A stretch of 64,000 nt of DNA from an uncultured Verrucomicrobiota bacterium. GTDB taxonomy: Bacteria; Verrucomicrobiota; Kiritimatiellia; RFP12; UBA3636. The notes beneath the pieces are model-generated. The model had not been told where the DNA came from. It did no database searches and was given only the letters and a program-made list of their open reading frames with translations. Position 1 is the first letter of the stretch; each line of letters begins with the position of its first letter. The position numbers and the translations under genes are program-made. Positions 54,151 through 64,000 of this stretch are shown here, piece after piece. The stretch covers positions 47,750 to 111,749 of the forward strand of contig CALDQE010000025.1 of NCBI GenBank assembly GCA_937911295.1, in the 5' to 3' direction.

Positions 54151-55020
54151 TTACTTTATGATTAAATTTGAAACAACTGGATAATGATCTGAAGAATATG
54201 TGTTTCCTGGGAATGTATCGTTACAGGTAACAATTTCTTCAACACCAAAACCATCATTTACAAATATAAAATCAATTCGTGCTCCCTCTGTGGTGCTTTC
54301 ATTTGCTTCCCAAATCCAGTTAGTAAATGTTCTAAACGGACCGGCATGAGGTACTGCAGAAATCTTCATTGCATCGTGAAGGAGCTCTTCTGTTGCCTTA
54401 TAAGTAGGGGTATCAACATAGGTATTAAAATCACCTGTAAGAACTAGTGGAACAAAATCTGTATAGCGTCGTTTAATCTCGCTAACGATTAATTGGATGC
54501 CCTTAATACGAGCCTCTTCGCTTTCATGATCAAGATGTGTATTAACATGAACAAATTCTTTATTTGTTTTCTTATCCTTTAAACGAATCATTGTACAAAT
54601 ACGTGTACAACATGTATTCCAAGAGCGTGAGCCAGGGACATTTGGTGTTTCAGAAAGCCAGAACGTATCAGAATCAACCACTTCAAAACGGTCTTTTTTA
54701 TAAATAATATAGCAAGCTTCACCCTCGTTTTTACCATCCTCACGGGATACACCCACACAATCATAATCGGGAAGCTTCTGCAATAAAGCATCTCGTGTAT
54801 CTGGGATGAGCTCCTGGGTTCCAATTACATCCATATCATATTTTTTAATCATTTCTATGATACGAGGTGCTCTATCCCCATAGAACTCATTAGGTGACTT
54901 ATCAAAAGGACCTCGCATATTGTAGCTAACAAGAGTAATTGCGTCTTCTGATACATTACCTTGATTAGCTTCTGGATTCAGTAAATTATTTAAAGATTTT
55001 TTCATGGTGAAACTCCACAA
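54151..55020 (-). CDS. Endonuclease/exonuclease/phosphatase (EEP) family protein
   Basis: ITLVSYNMRGPF...MDVIGTQEL...HVNTHLDHES...SDHYPV are EEP catalytic motifs. The likely start is MKKSLNN at 55005. It is co-directional with the DHQS-like gene and lies immediately upstream of it. Confidence 0.7.
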   Translation of the reverse strand: MWSFTMKKSLNNLLNPEANQGNVSEDAITLVSYNMRGPFDKSPNEFYGDRAPRIIEMIKKYDMDVIGTQELIPDTRDALLQKLPDYDCVGVSREDGKNEGEACYIIYKKDRFEVVDSDTFWLSETPNVPGSRSWNTCCTRICTMIRLKDKKTNKEFVHVNTHLDHESEEARIKGIQLIVSEIKRRYTDFVPLVLTGDFNTYVDTPTYKATEELLHDAMKISAVPHAGPFRTFTNWIWEANESTTEGARIDFIFVNDGFGVEEIVTCNDTFPGNTYSSDHYPVVSNLIIK

Positions 55021-55480
55021 TTATCAAAACAAATTTCTCCTATAAGTATAAGATATTGAGCAATAGAATGCAATAAATTTAATCCGAAAATTGACTACAC
55101 TTTTTTATTATTGAAATAACACAGCACTAGCGATTAACAACAATTTGCTTTCACTGCCTGATTGTTTCGCGTCTTTGTCATAATAACACGCTGACGCTCT
55201 TGCTTTCGCTACTGGAAGCACACTTAGTGTGGTTTTCTGGAGTTTTGGAGATTCGGAGGGGTTTGTGGGGTTGTCCATTTTTGTTGATTGCTAGCACAAT
55301 TCTCTGTGTCTCTGCGTCTCTGCGGGAGGAAAGAACCTCGCACTTCAAGTTCACTACACCCATAATCAGCCTGCTCTCTTTAGTTTTTACTTGCGATTTT
55401 TTACATATATATGATAAAATTTACACCGAAAAAACGAAACGTATGTGGGATTATCCACAAAAACAATAAAGGAGCATAAA

Positions 55481-55651
55481 ATGGCTAGAGTTATTAATCA
55501 GGATGTTTGCGTTGGCTGCGGTGCTTGCGCTGGTACATGCCCAGTAGAAGCTATTGTACAGGATGGCGACAAGTACAAGGTAACAGATGCTTGCGTTGAT
55601 TGCGGCGCTTGCGAAGGTGCTTGCCCAACTGAGGCAATCTCTGCTGAATAA
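55481..55651 (+). CDS. 2x[4Fe-4S] ferredoxin
   Basis: It has two CxxCxxCxxxCP motifs, CVGCGACAGTCP and CVDCGACEGACP. The start is MARVINQD, with an aggag RBS. Confidence 0.85.
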   Translation: MARVINQDVCVGCGACAGTCPVEAIVQDGDKYKVTDACVDCGACEGACPTEAISAE

Positions 55652-55689
55652 TTACTATACGGCTAATTTTCAAAGCCTTCGCATTCACT

Positions 55690-57066
55690 ATGCGAATAGT
55701 AAATATAATTCCTGGTCCTATCGGCTCTGCACTAGAAGCTGATAGCTACTATGGGCAAACACTCGTGGCCGAGCTCAGATGGGCAGGCCACGATGTTTTG
55801 TTAGTGCCCGTATTGTTTCCTCTCTCTGACAATACTGGTCCACAACAAACCGCCTCACAAAACCAACCAATTTTTTGTAGTGCAATCAAACTCTATGCAC
55901 GTCATTCTATGCCCGTGCTATCTAAGCTCATACCCGACTTCATTTGGAAAAGGTTTGACACAAGCTTTCTTAGAAAAAAAATTGGTAGAGGTGTATTAGA
56001 ATCAAAACATAAATTCTCAGATTTTCTTATTGATATCTTCTCCGGTCAGGATGGTAGCTTTAAAAACGAAATCAACAATCTTGTCGATTGGCTTAAACAG
56101 CAGGCTCCTGCTGCCGATGCTATCCTTATCTCATCTCCTCTCCTGCTCGGTCTTGTCCCCACTCTTAAGAAAAAATTAGATACCCCTGTGCTTTGCCACA
56201 TGGGTCACCACGTGGAAGATATTTCTTTTCTAAACGGTACTCCTGTACCACAGGTTTCATCAAAGCTTAGAGCCGCCTTAGATAAACCGGATGGTCTATT
56301 AGCTATAAGTGGCTTCCAAAAAAATAGAATATCTTCCAGGCTTGGTGTTGCATTAAACAAAATCCATGTCGTGGCCCCTGCTATTGAACCACAAAAAGAA
56401 TTTACAAATCTAAACCCATCAGAAATTGTTGTTGTTCTTTATGGCAACACCAAACAAGCAATGGACGCTGCCACAAAGCACATTAAGCAAATCTATTCCA
56501 AGGTTGCTAAACTCAATATTAAAATTTCTCTTGTAATTCATACAACAGTCGCTAATCGAACAAGCAATTATCAGGAATACAAACTCGCACTCCAGCAACT
56601 ACGCCCCCTTTGCGTCTCTATCCGTAAACTAAAGAGCTATAAGGAATTTCAATACTATCTCAAAAACTCTGCCTCAATTTTTGCCTTTATTCACTCTACC
56701 CCATTACCGGCATTCGATATGACAATCATTGAAGCAATTAGCTATGGAAAAACAGTTGTAATCCCAAACACTGGGGCTTGTAATGAAATTAGCTCATTTT
56801 CTGTTAGCATACAAACCTACGATGCTGAAAGCAAGGACGATTTAGCTAATCAAATTGTCGAGCTATGCACCCACAAGGAACGTTGCGTTATACTCGGTAG
56901 ACAAAATGCAAAGATTGTTCAAGAATTCTTTACCCCATCCATCGCAGCAAAATCAATAGTTGAAAGTATTTCAAAAACAATCTCAAATTTGCATCCAAAT
57001 CTACAGACCTCATACGACTCAGAGTATGTGCTCCCCACATTCTCAAACAAAAGCAATTTAAACTAA
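55690..57066 (+). CDS. GT-B-fold glycosyltransferase (GT4-like)
   Basis: The C-terminal region ASIFAFIHSTPLPAFDMTIIEAISYGKTVVIPNTGACNEI resembles the GT4 E-x7-E region. Confidence 0.45.
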   Translation: MRIVNIIPGPIGSALEADSYYGQTLVAELRWAGHDVLLVPVLFPLSDNTGPQQTASQNQPIFCSAIKLYARHSMPVLSKLIPDFIWKRFDTSFLRKKIGRGVLESKHKFSDFLIDIFSGQDGSFKNEINNLVDWLKQQAPAADAILISSPLLLGLVPTLKKKLDTPVLCHMGHHVEDISFLNGTPVPQVSSKLRAALDKPDGLLAISGFQKNRISSRLGVALNKIHVVAPAIEPQKEFTNLNPSEIVVVLYGNTKQAMDAATKHIKQIYSKVAKLNIKISLVIHTTVANRTSNYQEYKLALQQLRPLCVSIRKLKSYKEFQYYLKNSASIFAFIHSTPLPAFDMTIIEAISYGKTVVIPNTGACNEISSFSVSIQTYDAESKDDLANQIVELCTHKERCVILGRQNAKIVQEFFTPSIAAKSIVESISKTISNLHPNLQTSYDSEYVLPTFSNKSNLN

Positions 57067-57115
57067 TTAAACTAACTGCATAAATCACAAATTATTAACG
57101 AATTGGATATTCACT

Positions 57116-60100
57116 ATGGAAAAGCTAACATCATTTGTTCATTTACACCAACACACTGTCTATTCTTTATTAGATGGTGCTTGCAAAATCAAGCCTTTAG
57201 TTGCACGAGCGAAAGAGCTTGGGCTCCCAGCTGTCGCCATTACCGATCACGGTAATTTGTTTGGCATTAAGGATTTTTATGATGTTTGCCGAAAAGAAGG
57301 AATAAAGCCTATTCTTGGATGCGAGACCTACATCACACGCAAACCAATTCGCTTAGAAGACCCTAACACCCCGTCAACAAGAGACCGAGGCGACCACCTT
57401 GTTCTACTTGCTAAAAATCATACTGGTTATAAAAATCTTATAAAACTAATCAGTGTCGCTGCAACCGACAATATTTATTATCATCCACGTATTGACAAAG
57501 AGCTTCTTGAAAAATATAAGGAGGGGCTTATTGTCTCTTCTGCATGCTTGGGCGGTGAACTTTGCCAATTGATTCTTGATGGAAATATAAAAGAAGCAGA
57601 AGCCTCAGCAAAATGGTATAAAGAGCTTTTTGGTGATGATTATTACATTGAAATTATGCTGCATAAATCAAATGATCCAGAAATAAATTCTAGAATTTAT
57701 GCTGAGCAGCTAAAATGTAATAAAGAGCTTCTAGCTATTGCTAAGCGCCTTGACATTAAAGCAATTGTCACCAATGATGTCCACTTCCTAAACAAGGATG
57801 ATGCAGAAGCTCATGATGCACTTGTCTGCATGAACACTGGGCGTTTAATGACTGACCCTAATCGCCTTCGCTACACCCAACAGGAGTGGTTCAAAACTCC
57901 CGAAGAGATGCAACAGGTATTCCCAGACAATTATCAGGAGCTTTTAAACACATTAGAGGTCGCTGAAAAGGTTGAAGAGTACGAGCTAAATTCTGATCCA
58001 ATTATGCCAGTATTCCCAATCCCAAAAGAATTTGGTTCTGAGCAAGAATATGTTGAAAAGCTAACCCCAGAAATGCTTATTGAGGAGTTTGGAGAAAAGA
58101 GCTTTAATCGCCTATCTAAAAATGGTTCTGAGGATGGAATTAAGAAGCTAATCCGCATCAAATTTGAAGCTGATTATCTACATCACCTTACAATTAACGG
58201 AGCTAATCGTCGCTATCCAGACGGAATCCCCAAGGAGCATTTGGAGAGAATCAATTTTGAGCTCAATACAATTAAAACGATGGGTTTTCCAGGATATTTT
58301 CTGATTGTGCAGGACTTTATTCACGAGGCACGAAATATGGGCATACTGGTTGGTCCTGGTCGTGGCTCTGCAGCAGGAAGCCTTGTTGCATATTGCCTTG
58401 GAATCACCAATATCGATCCAGTGAAATATGATTTGCTTTTTGAGCGTTTTCTAAACCCAGACCGAATTTCTATGCCTGATATTGACGTTGATTTTGACGA
58501 TGTCGGCCGCCAAAAAATTCTTAATTGGGTATCAAATAAATATGGTGCAGACCATGTTGGTCACATTGCTACCTTTGGATCAATGGCACCAAAAAGCTGC
58601 ATTCGCGATATTGGTAGAATTTATAATCTTCCAATTCCGGAGGTCTCCCGTCTTACAAAGCTTGTACCAGACGAGCCAAAAATTACCTTTGAGAAAGCAA
58701 TTGCCGCTTCTCCGGAGCTAGCAAACGAGAAAAATAATCCAGACCCAATAGTTCGTAAAATTATGGAGCTATCTCCATATCTTGACGGAGTATATCGTCA
58801 GCCTGGCATCCATGCATGTGGTATCATCATCAGTAGAGATCCTCTCATTGAAACCATTCCTGTGATGAAGCCATCAAATGCATCAGACGAATTACTTTCT
58901 ACGCAGTATGATGGACATTTTGTTGAGCCAATCGGTCTACTAAAAATGGACTTTCTTGGGCTTAAGACCCTCACAGTTCTTAACGAAACTGTTCGTCTTA
59001 TCAAGCTTCGCAAGGGCATAGACATTGACACAGATAAAATTCCTTTAGATGACCCTGCCACATACGAACTATTTACACGTGGTGAGACTACTGGTCTATT
59101 CCAATTTGAATCTGACGGAATGAAGGAAAATCTCAAAGCTCTTAAGCCAGACTGTCTTGCTGATCTTGTGGCGATGAATGCTCTGTACCGTCCAGGTCCA
59201 ATGGCATACATACCTCAATTTATCGAGAGAAAGCATGGAAGAGCACCGATTGTGTATGACCACCCTCTAATGGAAAAATACCTCAAAGAAACCTACGGTA
59301 TTTCAGTATACCAAGAACAGGTAATGCTTCTTTCTCGTCTACTTGGTGGCTTCACTCGTGGACAATCAGACACATTACGTAAGGCAATGGGTAAGAAAAA
59401 CATTGACCTAATGAATGAGTTAAAAAGCAAATTTGTTGATGGATGCCTCGCCAACCCAGAGTTTCGCGCAGCACCGGAAGCAAAGGAAGAGAAAAAAGCT
59501 CGCGAGCTAATAGACAAAATTTGGAAGGATTGGCAGGATTTCGCTTCTTATGCATTTAACAAGTCTCACGCTGTTTGCTATGCATATCTTGCATATATTA
59601 CTGGCTACCTAAAGGCAAATTATTCTGCCGAGTATATGTGTGCACAAACCTCCTCCGAAATTGGTAACTTTGAAAAAATGCCTGACTTCGTGGCAGAGTC
59701 TATGTCTATGGGCTTTAACATGCTACCTCCAGATGTAAATAAGTCCATTGAAAAATTTGTCCCAGAGGATTTTAACAATAAAATTGCTATTCGCTATGGA
59801 CTTGCTGGTATTAAGGGAGTAGGCACAACAGCTGCTGCTGCGATTGTAAAGGAGCGAGAAGAAAATGGACCATACAAAAGCTTCAATGACTTCGTCTCAC
59901 GAACCTGTTGCACTGGTGCATTAAACTCTCGTGCTTACGAAGCTCTAATTAGGACTGGTGGTGTAGATAGCCTTGGAATCCATCGAGCAGCCGCATTGGT
60001 AGATTTACCAAATGCTATTTCTCGTGCTAATGCCAATAAGCGTGACATTGAATCTGGGCAAGGCTGTCTATTTGGTTCTTGGGATGATGCTCCTACCACA

Positions 60101-60835
60101 GAGATAAATACCCCAGACATTCCTGAGATGCGTAAGCTTGATATTCTACTTGCAGAGCGAGAGCTTCTTGGTGTGTTCCTCTCCGGACATCCCCTCGACC
60201 TCAATAAAAAGCTTACAACCTCATATAAAACTATTGACCATTTAAATTCCGCACTAGAAAGACTTGGTGAAGGTGCGTCATCTAGCATAAATATCTGCTT
60301 ATTTGTGCTCTCTGTAGACAAAAAGCCTTCTAAAAACAAGAACTCCATAACTATGTTCATTGTTGGCGAAGACAAAAATGGACAACGTATGGAATTCCCA
60401 TATTATGTCTCCGAGCAGGATATTCTTCATGCAGAAGATATTCAGACAAATACAGCCTATGTTTTCAACCTAAGATTAAATAATTGGCAAGGGAAACGCT
60501 CTAAGCGTATCAACTCCTTCATTCGTGTTGATCAGATTCCAACTAAACTTGCTACAAAAATCTTTATCCGCGTGAACGAGACTGAAAGTAATGCAAAGCA
60601 AATTCTAAATAAGCTTAGCGATACACTGCTCTCACATCCAGGACACACAGAGGTAATCCTTGTTCTTTATCTAAAATCTAATGAGAGAGCATATATTGCC
60701 CTACCAGAAAAATACAATACCTTCATTAGTGATGAACTATTAAATGCTATCTATGAAATTACTGGCGAAGAGAATGTTGATTTCGACCTTAAGCCTCTTA
60801 ATGGTAATATAAAAACAATTCCTGCTAGACAATAA
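57116..60835 (+). CDS. dnaE: DNA polymerase III alpha subunit
   Basis: The PHP domain reads FVHLHQHTVYSLLDGACKIKPLVARAKELGLPAVAITDHGNLFG. The protein is 1239 aa and shows the polymerase core and OB-fold regions. Confidence 0.95.
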   Translation: MEKLTSFVHLHQHTVYSLLDGACKIKPLVARAKELGLPAVAITDHGNLFGIKDFYDVCRKEGIKPILGCETYITRKPIRLEDPNTPSTRDRGDHLVLLAKNHTGYKNLIKLISVAATDNIYYHPRIDKELLEKYKEGLIVSSACLGGELCQLILDGNIKEAEASAKWYKELFGDDYYIEIMLHKSNDPEINSRIYAEQLKCNKELLAIAKRLDIKAIVTNDVHFLNKDDAEAHDALVCMNTGRLMTDPNRLRYTQQEWFKTPEEMQQVFPDNYQELLNTLEVAEKVEEYELNSDPIMPVFPIPKEFGSEQEYVEKLTPEMLIEEFGEKSFNRLSKNGSEDGIKKLIRIKFEADYLHHLTINGANRRYPDGIPKEHLERINFELNTIKTMGFPGYFLIVQDFIHEARNMGILVGPGRGSAAGSLVAYCLGITNIDPVKYDLLFERFLNPDRISMPDIDVDFDDVGRQKILNWVSNKYGADHVGHIATFGSMAPKSCIRDIGRIYNLPIPEVSRLTKLVPDEPKITFEKAIAASPELANEKNNPDPIVRKIMELSPYLDGVYRQPGIHACGIIISRDPLIETIPVMKPSNASDELLSTQYDGHFVEPIGLLKMDFLGLKTLTVLNETVRLIKLRKGIDIDTDKIPLDDPATYELFTRGETTGLFQFESDGMKENLKALKPDCLADLVAMNALYRPGPMAYIPQFIERKHGRAPIVYDHPLMEKYLKETYGISVYQEQVMLLSRLLGGFTRGQSDTLRKAMGKKNIDLMNELKSKFVDGCLANPEFRAAPEAKEEKKARELIDKIWKDWQDFASYAFNKSHAVCYAYLAYITGYLKANYSAEYMCAQTSSEIGNFEKMPDFVAESMSMGFNMLPPDVNKSIEKFVPEDFNNKIAIRYGLAGIKGVGTTAAAAIVKEREENGPYKSFNDFVSRTCCTGALNSRAYEALIRTGGVDSLGIHRAAALVDLPNAISRANANKRDIESGQGCLFGSWDDAPTTEINTPDIPEMRKLDILLAERELLGVFLSGHPLDLNKKLTTSYKTIDHLNSALERLGEGASSSINICLFVLSVDKKPSKNKNSITMFIVGEDKNGQRMEFPYYVSEQDILHAEDIQTNTAYVFNLRLNNWQGKRSKRINSFIRVDQIPTKLATKIFIRVNETESNAKQILNKLSDTLLSHPGHTEVILVLYLKSNERAYIALPEKYNTFISDELLNAIYEITGEENVDFDLKPLNGNIKTIPARQ

Positions 60836-60865
60836 TAGCCCGGAATTTAGTTTGAGATTATAATT

Positions 60866-62242
60866 ATGCGTTTATTCAATCAAAAGCTAACAAAATCACT
60901 ACACCCGCAGCAGCTCTTTGTTGGCGTATTCTTAACTACCATATTGATTGGTGCAGCTCTTCTTTCGATGCCATTTGCTTATGTCGATAAGCAATGGCAT
61001 CTCGGAATTGACTCACTTTTTCTTGCGACAAATTGCGTCTGCGTAACTGGTCTTGATTCCATCTGCATCAGTCAAACGCTATCTCCAGCTGGATTAACCA
61101 TTGCCGTCATACTATCCCAAATCGGTGGTTTAGGTATTATGACCATTGGAGCAGCGATATTCTACATTATGGGGCGACGCTTATCTGCATCAAGTGAGGT
61201 TATGACATCACGCGATTTAGGACGAACAAATACGCTCGGTCTTTCTGGATTGATTAAAAGCACAGTTCTTTTTGCAATCTCTTGGGAGCTTGCTGCAACA
61301 ATTGCACTAACTGGTCTACTATATTTTAAAGGATATGAGACTAGCTTAGACATCGCATTTATCAAGGGAATTTATTTTTCAATTATGGGCTTTTGCAATG
61401 CTGGTATGAGCCTACATCCGGACAGCCTTGCACCATATTTAAATGACTATGCAATCCAAATTGTCTTTATGATAATTGCCACAATTGGTGGGTTAGGATT
61501 TGTTGTTTTAAAAAATATCTCTTCATTAAATCTAAGAGAAAAGAATCTTCTCAAACGCACTAGATTATCTCTTCACACAAGAGTTGTTTTGATAGTTACA
61601 CTTATCATTATTGCATCCACATTTATAATTACATACCTATTAGAGAAAGACAATGCTTTTGCCGAGCTCACCTTATCTGGAAAACTAGTCGCAAGTGGTT
61701 TTCATTCTATGGTCTCACGAAATGCTGGCTTTTGCACAATTCCAACAGCAACCCTCTCCGACGCCACCCTTGTTTGGTCGATGTTAATTATGTTTATTGG
61801 TGGTGCACCTGGATCTACTGCTGGAGGAATCAAAGTCACAACTCTAGCTGTAATCATTGCCTCTCTACACTCTGCTTCTGTTGATAGGAAGGAAACTGTT
61901 ATCTTAAAACGAACAATCTCTAATATAATCGTGCGTGATGCTTTGGTTATATTAAATATCTATCTTTTAATCATATTTTTAGGTATACTATTCGTATCAA
62001 TTTGTGAGGCAAATGCCGAAAACATTACACTCAAAGATATCGCTTTTGAGGTTGTATCTGCAACTACCACAACAGGTCTATCAACAGGCATTACGACAAG
62101 CTTGACTAGTTGGAGCAAATTCTGGCTTGTCATCTGTATGTTTTGCGGTAGATTAGGTCCGTTGACTATTGTTATGACACTTGCTAGAAGAGCCACAACC
62201 TTTTACAACAAATATCCAGAAGAGAATTTAACTGTTGGTTAA
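60866..62242 (+). CDS. ktrB: TrkH/KtrB-family cation (K+) transporter
   Basis: It is polytopic with four-repeat MPM architecture, and it has GGIKVTTLAVIIASLHS. Confidence 0.85.
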   Translation: MRLFNQKLTKSLHPQQLFVGVFLTTILIGAALLSMPFAYVDKQWHLGIDSLFLATNCVCVTGLDSICISQTLSPAGLTIAVILSQIGGLGIMTIGAAIFYIMGRRLSASSEVMTSRDLGRTNTLGLSGLIKSTVLFAISWELAATIALTGLLYFKGYETSLDIAFIKGIYFSIMGFCNAGMSLHPDSLAPYLNDYAIQIVFMIIATIGGLGFVVLKNISSLNLREKNLLKRTRLSLHTRVVLIVTLIIIASTFIITYLLEKDNAFAELTLSGKLVASGFHSMVSRNAGFCTIPTATLSDATLVWSMLIMFIGGAPGSTAGGIKVTTLAVIIASLHSASVDRKETVILKRTISNIIVRDALVILNIYLLIIFLGILFVSICEANAENITLKDIAFEVVSATTTTGLSTGITTSLTSWSKFWLVICMFCGRLGPLTIVMTLARRATTFYNKYPEENLTVG

Positions 62243-62245
62243 TAT

Positions 62246-63637
62246 ATGCAAATTATTGACAAATCAAAAAAAGCATTAAACCCGTATCGAGTAGTTGTTT
62301 TAGCATATGCTATTACAATCATTATCGGTATGTTTTTATTATCTTTACCGATTTCTCATGTTGATGGCAAATGGTATTTTAATATGGACACTCTATTCCT
62401 GGCAACAAATGCTTTGAGTGTTACAGGTCTTGATCCCATTCATGGAGGCATAGGCAAATTCCTTTCGCATTTTGGTTTGATTGTAACGCTAACTCTTTCT
62501 CAACTAGGTGGATTGGGCATTATGACAATCAGCTCATTTATCGTAATTTTAATTGGAAGACGGTTATCTGCAAACGAGGAAAGCTTTGCTTCTAAAGATA
62601 TTGGCGAATCTCATGGTGAAATCATTAAAAATCTTATTATAAAGGCAATAAAATTCACATTTATATGCGAAGGCTTTGGTGCTTTTATTCTCGCAAATTT
62701 GTTCTATTTTGGCGATTATGGGCTATCGCTAGACAATTCCGTATTTCATGGTGTATTTTTCTCTGTTATGGCTTTTTGTAATTCTGGAATAAGTCTCTAC
62801 AATAACAGTATTGCTAATTACATAAACTCTCCTGCCATCCAATTGATGATTATTTTTCTTGCAACAACCGGTGGTATTGGTTTTATTGTTATTTCTGAGC
62901 TCACTAGCAAAAGCTTCTTCAACAAAAAACGTATGAAGCGAGGAAGGCTTTCTCTTCACTCAAAGTTAACAATTATTACAACATTATCAATTGTCTTATC
63001 TGTTGCTACCATAATATTACTTATCGAATATAACGGAAACGCATTCAAAGAGGCTGGTGTTACAACCTGGCATCAAAAGTTATTAAGCTCTCTATTACAT
63101 GTTTCTCAATCTAGAAATGCTGGATTTTCAACAATTACGACATCTACCTTAACAGATGCCACACTTATTTTAACAATGTGCGTTATGTTTATAGGTGCAG
63201 CGGCTGGTTCTACTGGTGGTGGTATAAAGGTTACAACTATAGCGATTATCTTTGCAACAATCCGTGCTCAAATCGCAAATCGTAAGGAAACTGTAATATT
63301 TGATAGAACAATAAATGCCACAACCGTACGTGATGCTTTTATTATTTGCTACCTATATCTTGCATCATTCATTCTTGGTACCTTCTGCTTATCATTAACA
63401 GAGCAATACAACGCAGCTCACCAGCTTAAAGACGTTATGTTTGAGGTTCTATCTGCACTCACAACAACAGGTCTGTCTACAGGTATAACTCCTGATTTGA
63501 CAGTTTGGAGCAAATTATGTATAGTAGTATGCATGTTTGTTGGTAGATTAGGACCAATCACAATTGTAATGCTTTTAGGTAAGCGTAATCAGCAATATTT
63601 AACAAGATTTCCTGAAGAAAACATTTCTGTAGGCTAA
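62246..63637 (+). CDS. ktrB: Second TrkH/KtrB-family transporter; tandem paralog of the previous gene
   Basis: It has the same architecture and GGGIKVTTIAIIFATIRA. It differs from the upstream copy in most positions, but the motifs are conserved. Confidence 0.85.
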   Translation: MQIIDKSKKALNPYRVVVLAYAITIIIGMFLLSLPISHVDGKWYFNMDTLFLATNALSVTGLDPIHGGIGKFLSHFGLIVTLTLSQLGGLGIMTISSFIVILIGRRLSANEESFASKDIGESHGEIIKNLIIKAIKFTFICEGFGAFILANLFYFGDYGLSLDNSVFHGVFFSVMAFCNSGISLYNNSIANYINSPAIQLMIIFLATTGGIGFIVISELTSKSFFNKKRMKRGRLSLHSKLTIITTLSIVLSVATIILLIEYNGNAFKEAGVTTWHQKLLSSLLHVSQSRNAGFSTITTSTLTDATLILTMCVMFIGAAAGSTGGGIKVTTIAIIFATIRAQIANRKETVIFDRTINATTVRDAFIICYLYLASFILGTFCLSLTEQYNAAHQLKDVMFEVLSALTTTGLSTGITPDLTVWSKLCIVVCMFVGRLGPITIVMLLGKRNQQYLTRFPEENISVG

Positions 63638-63659
63638 TCCCAATCAACGGAGAACAACC

Positions 63660-64000
63660 ATGGCAAAAAGAAATAATAAGACTGTAGGCATTATTGGAGC
63701 TGGTCGTTTTGGAAAAACACTGGCAGAAACTCTATATGCTCAAAATATCGATGTAATCGTTATAGATAAAGATGAGAATGCTATAAAGAGTTTAGCACAA
63801 TACAACATCCATGCTGTTCAAGGTGATGGAACCAATCAAGCTGCTTTAAAGGAAGCAAGTTTTGAGCAATGTGACATAGCTGTGGTATCCATAAGCGAAT
63901 CTCTTGAAAGCAGTATTTTAGCAACACTAAACTGCAAACAGCTTGGAATTTACAAGGTCATCTCTAAGGCTGAATCAGAGCTTCAAGAATCTGTTTTATA
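63660..64000 (+). CDS. ktrA: KtrA/TrkA RCK-domain regulatory subunit, partial (runs off the right edge of the window)
   Basis: MAKRNNKTVGIIGAGRFGKTLAETL is a GxGxxG Rossmann motif. The ORF has no stop inside the window. Confidence 0.8.
   Translation, partial: MAKRNNKTVGIIGAGRFGKTLAETLYAQNIDVIVIDKDENAIKSLAQYNIHAVQGDGTNQAALKEASFEQCDIAVVSISESLESSILATLNCKQLGIYKVISKAESELQESVL

Noticed and set aside
1-64000. Prophage, IS or integron content, a CRISPR array, or a toxin-antitoxin or defence island.
   Set aside because: I saw no integrase, transposase, recombinase, cas gene or nuclease/helicase defence genes. Gene content is housekeeping plus envelope functions, and I noticed no abrupt change in composition.

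Overview
This 64 kb window looks like chromosome from a Gram-negative (diderm) bacterium with moderate-to-low GC content. It is tightly packed with genes, and most of them are housekeeping. I found no tRNA or rRNA genes, no CRISPR array, and no transposase or integrase.

Housekeeping and metabolic genes I can identify:
- DNA and RNA metabolism: dnaE, pcnB, queA, nfo, nrnA.
- Purine synthesis: purD, purE.
- Lipid synthesis: plsY, gpsA.
- Methyl cycle and cell wall: metK and ahcY, with murF in the same operon.
- Energy metabolism: the sodium-pumping oxaloacetate decarboxylase operon oadGAB, and a 2x[4Fe-4S] ferredoxin.
- Transport: azlCD, two tandem ktrB/trkH genes followed by ktrA, and a sugar ABC permease plus binding protein with no ATPase gene.
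- Envelope: an LPS heptosyltransferase, a GT2 and a GT-B glycosyltransferase.

Two envelope-associated regions stand out.
- (A) 15.9-23.2 kb, minus strand: an exbB-exbD pair is followed by two very large tandem paralogs. Each begins with a membrane anchor that carries the TonB signature (WPxLSxxLH, i.e. the SxxxH motif). Each continues with a coiled coil hundreds of residues long, and ends in a shared domain of about 150 aa that I read as PA14-like, in place of a TonB or TolA C-terminal domain. This looks like a Ton/Tol-type proton-motive-force motor with a previously undescribed effector arm.
- (B) 1-7.0 kb, minus strand: an eight-gene operon that encodes only secreted proteins and lipoproteins. 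It contains a protein with curli-like Q/N repeats, a YcfL-like lipoprotein, a PEGA-domain protein, a Gly-zipper protein with PT-rich tandem repeats, and two tandem LpoB-like paralogs, one of which has lost its lipidation cysteine.

Smaller points of interest:
- A fusion of an LPG-synthase-type transmembrane domain with a TolB-like beta-propeller.
- A lone hisF inside an operon of LPS and tRNA genes.
- An EboE-like TIM-barrel gene next to nfo, and a distant 3-dehydroquinate-synthase-like cyclase paired with an EEP-family phosphatase.
- A ComEC gene sitting directly upstream of a GspL/GspM/secretin-like set.
- A 31-nt direct repeat flanking the metK-ahcY-murF operon.

All calls come from reading the translated ORFs and the DNA by eye. 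I ran no database searches.
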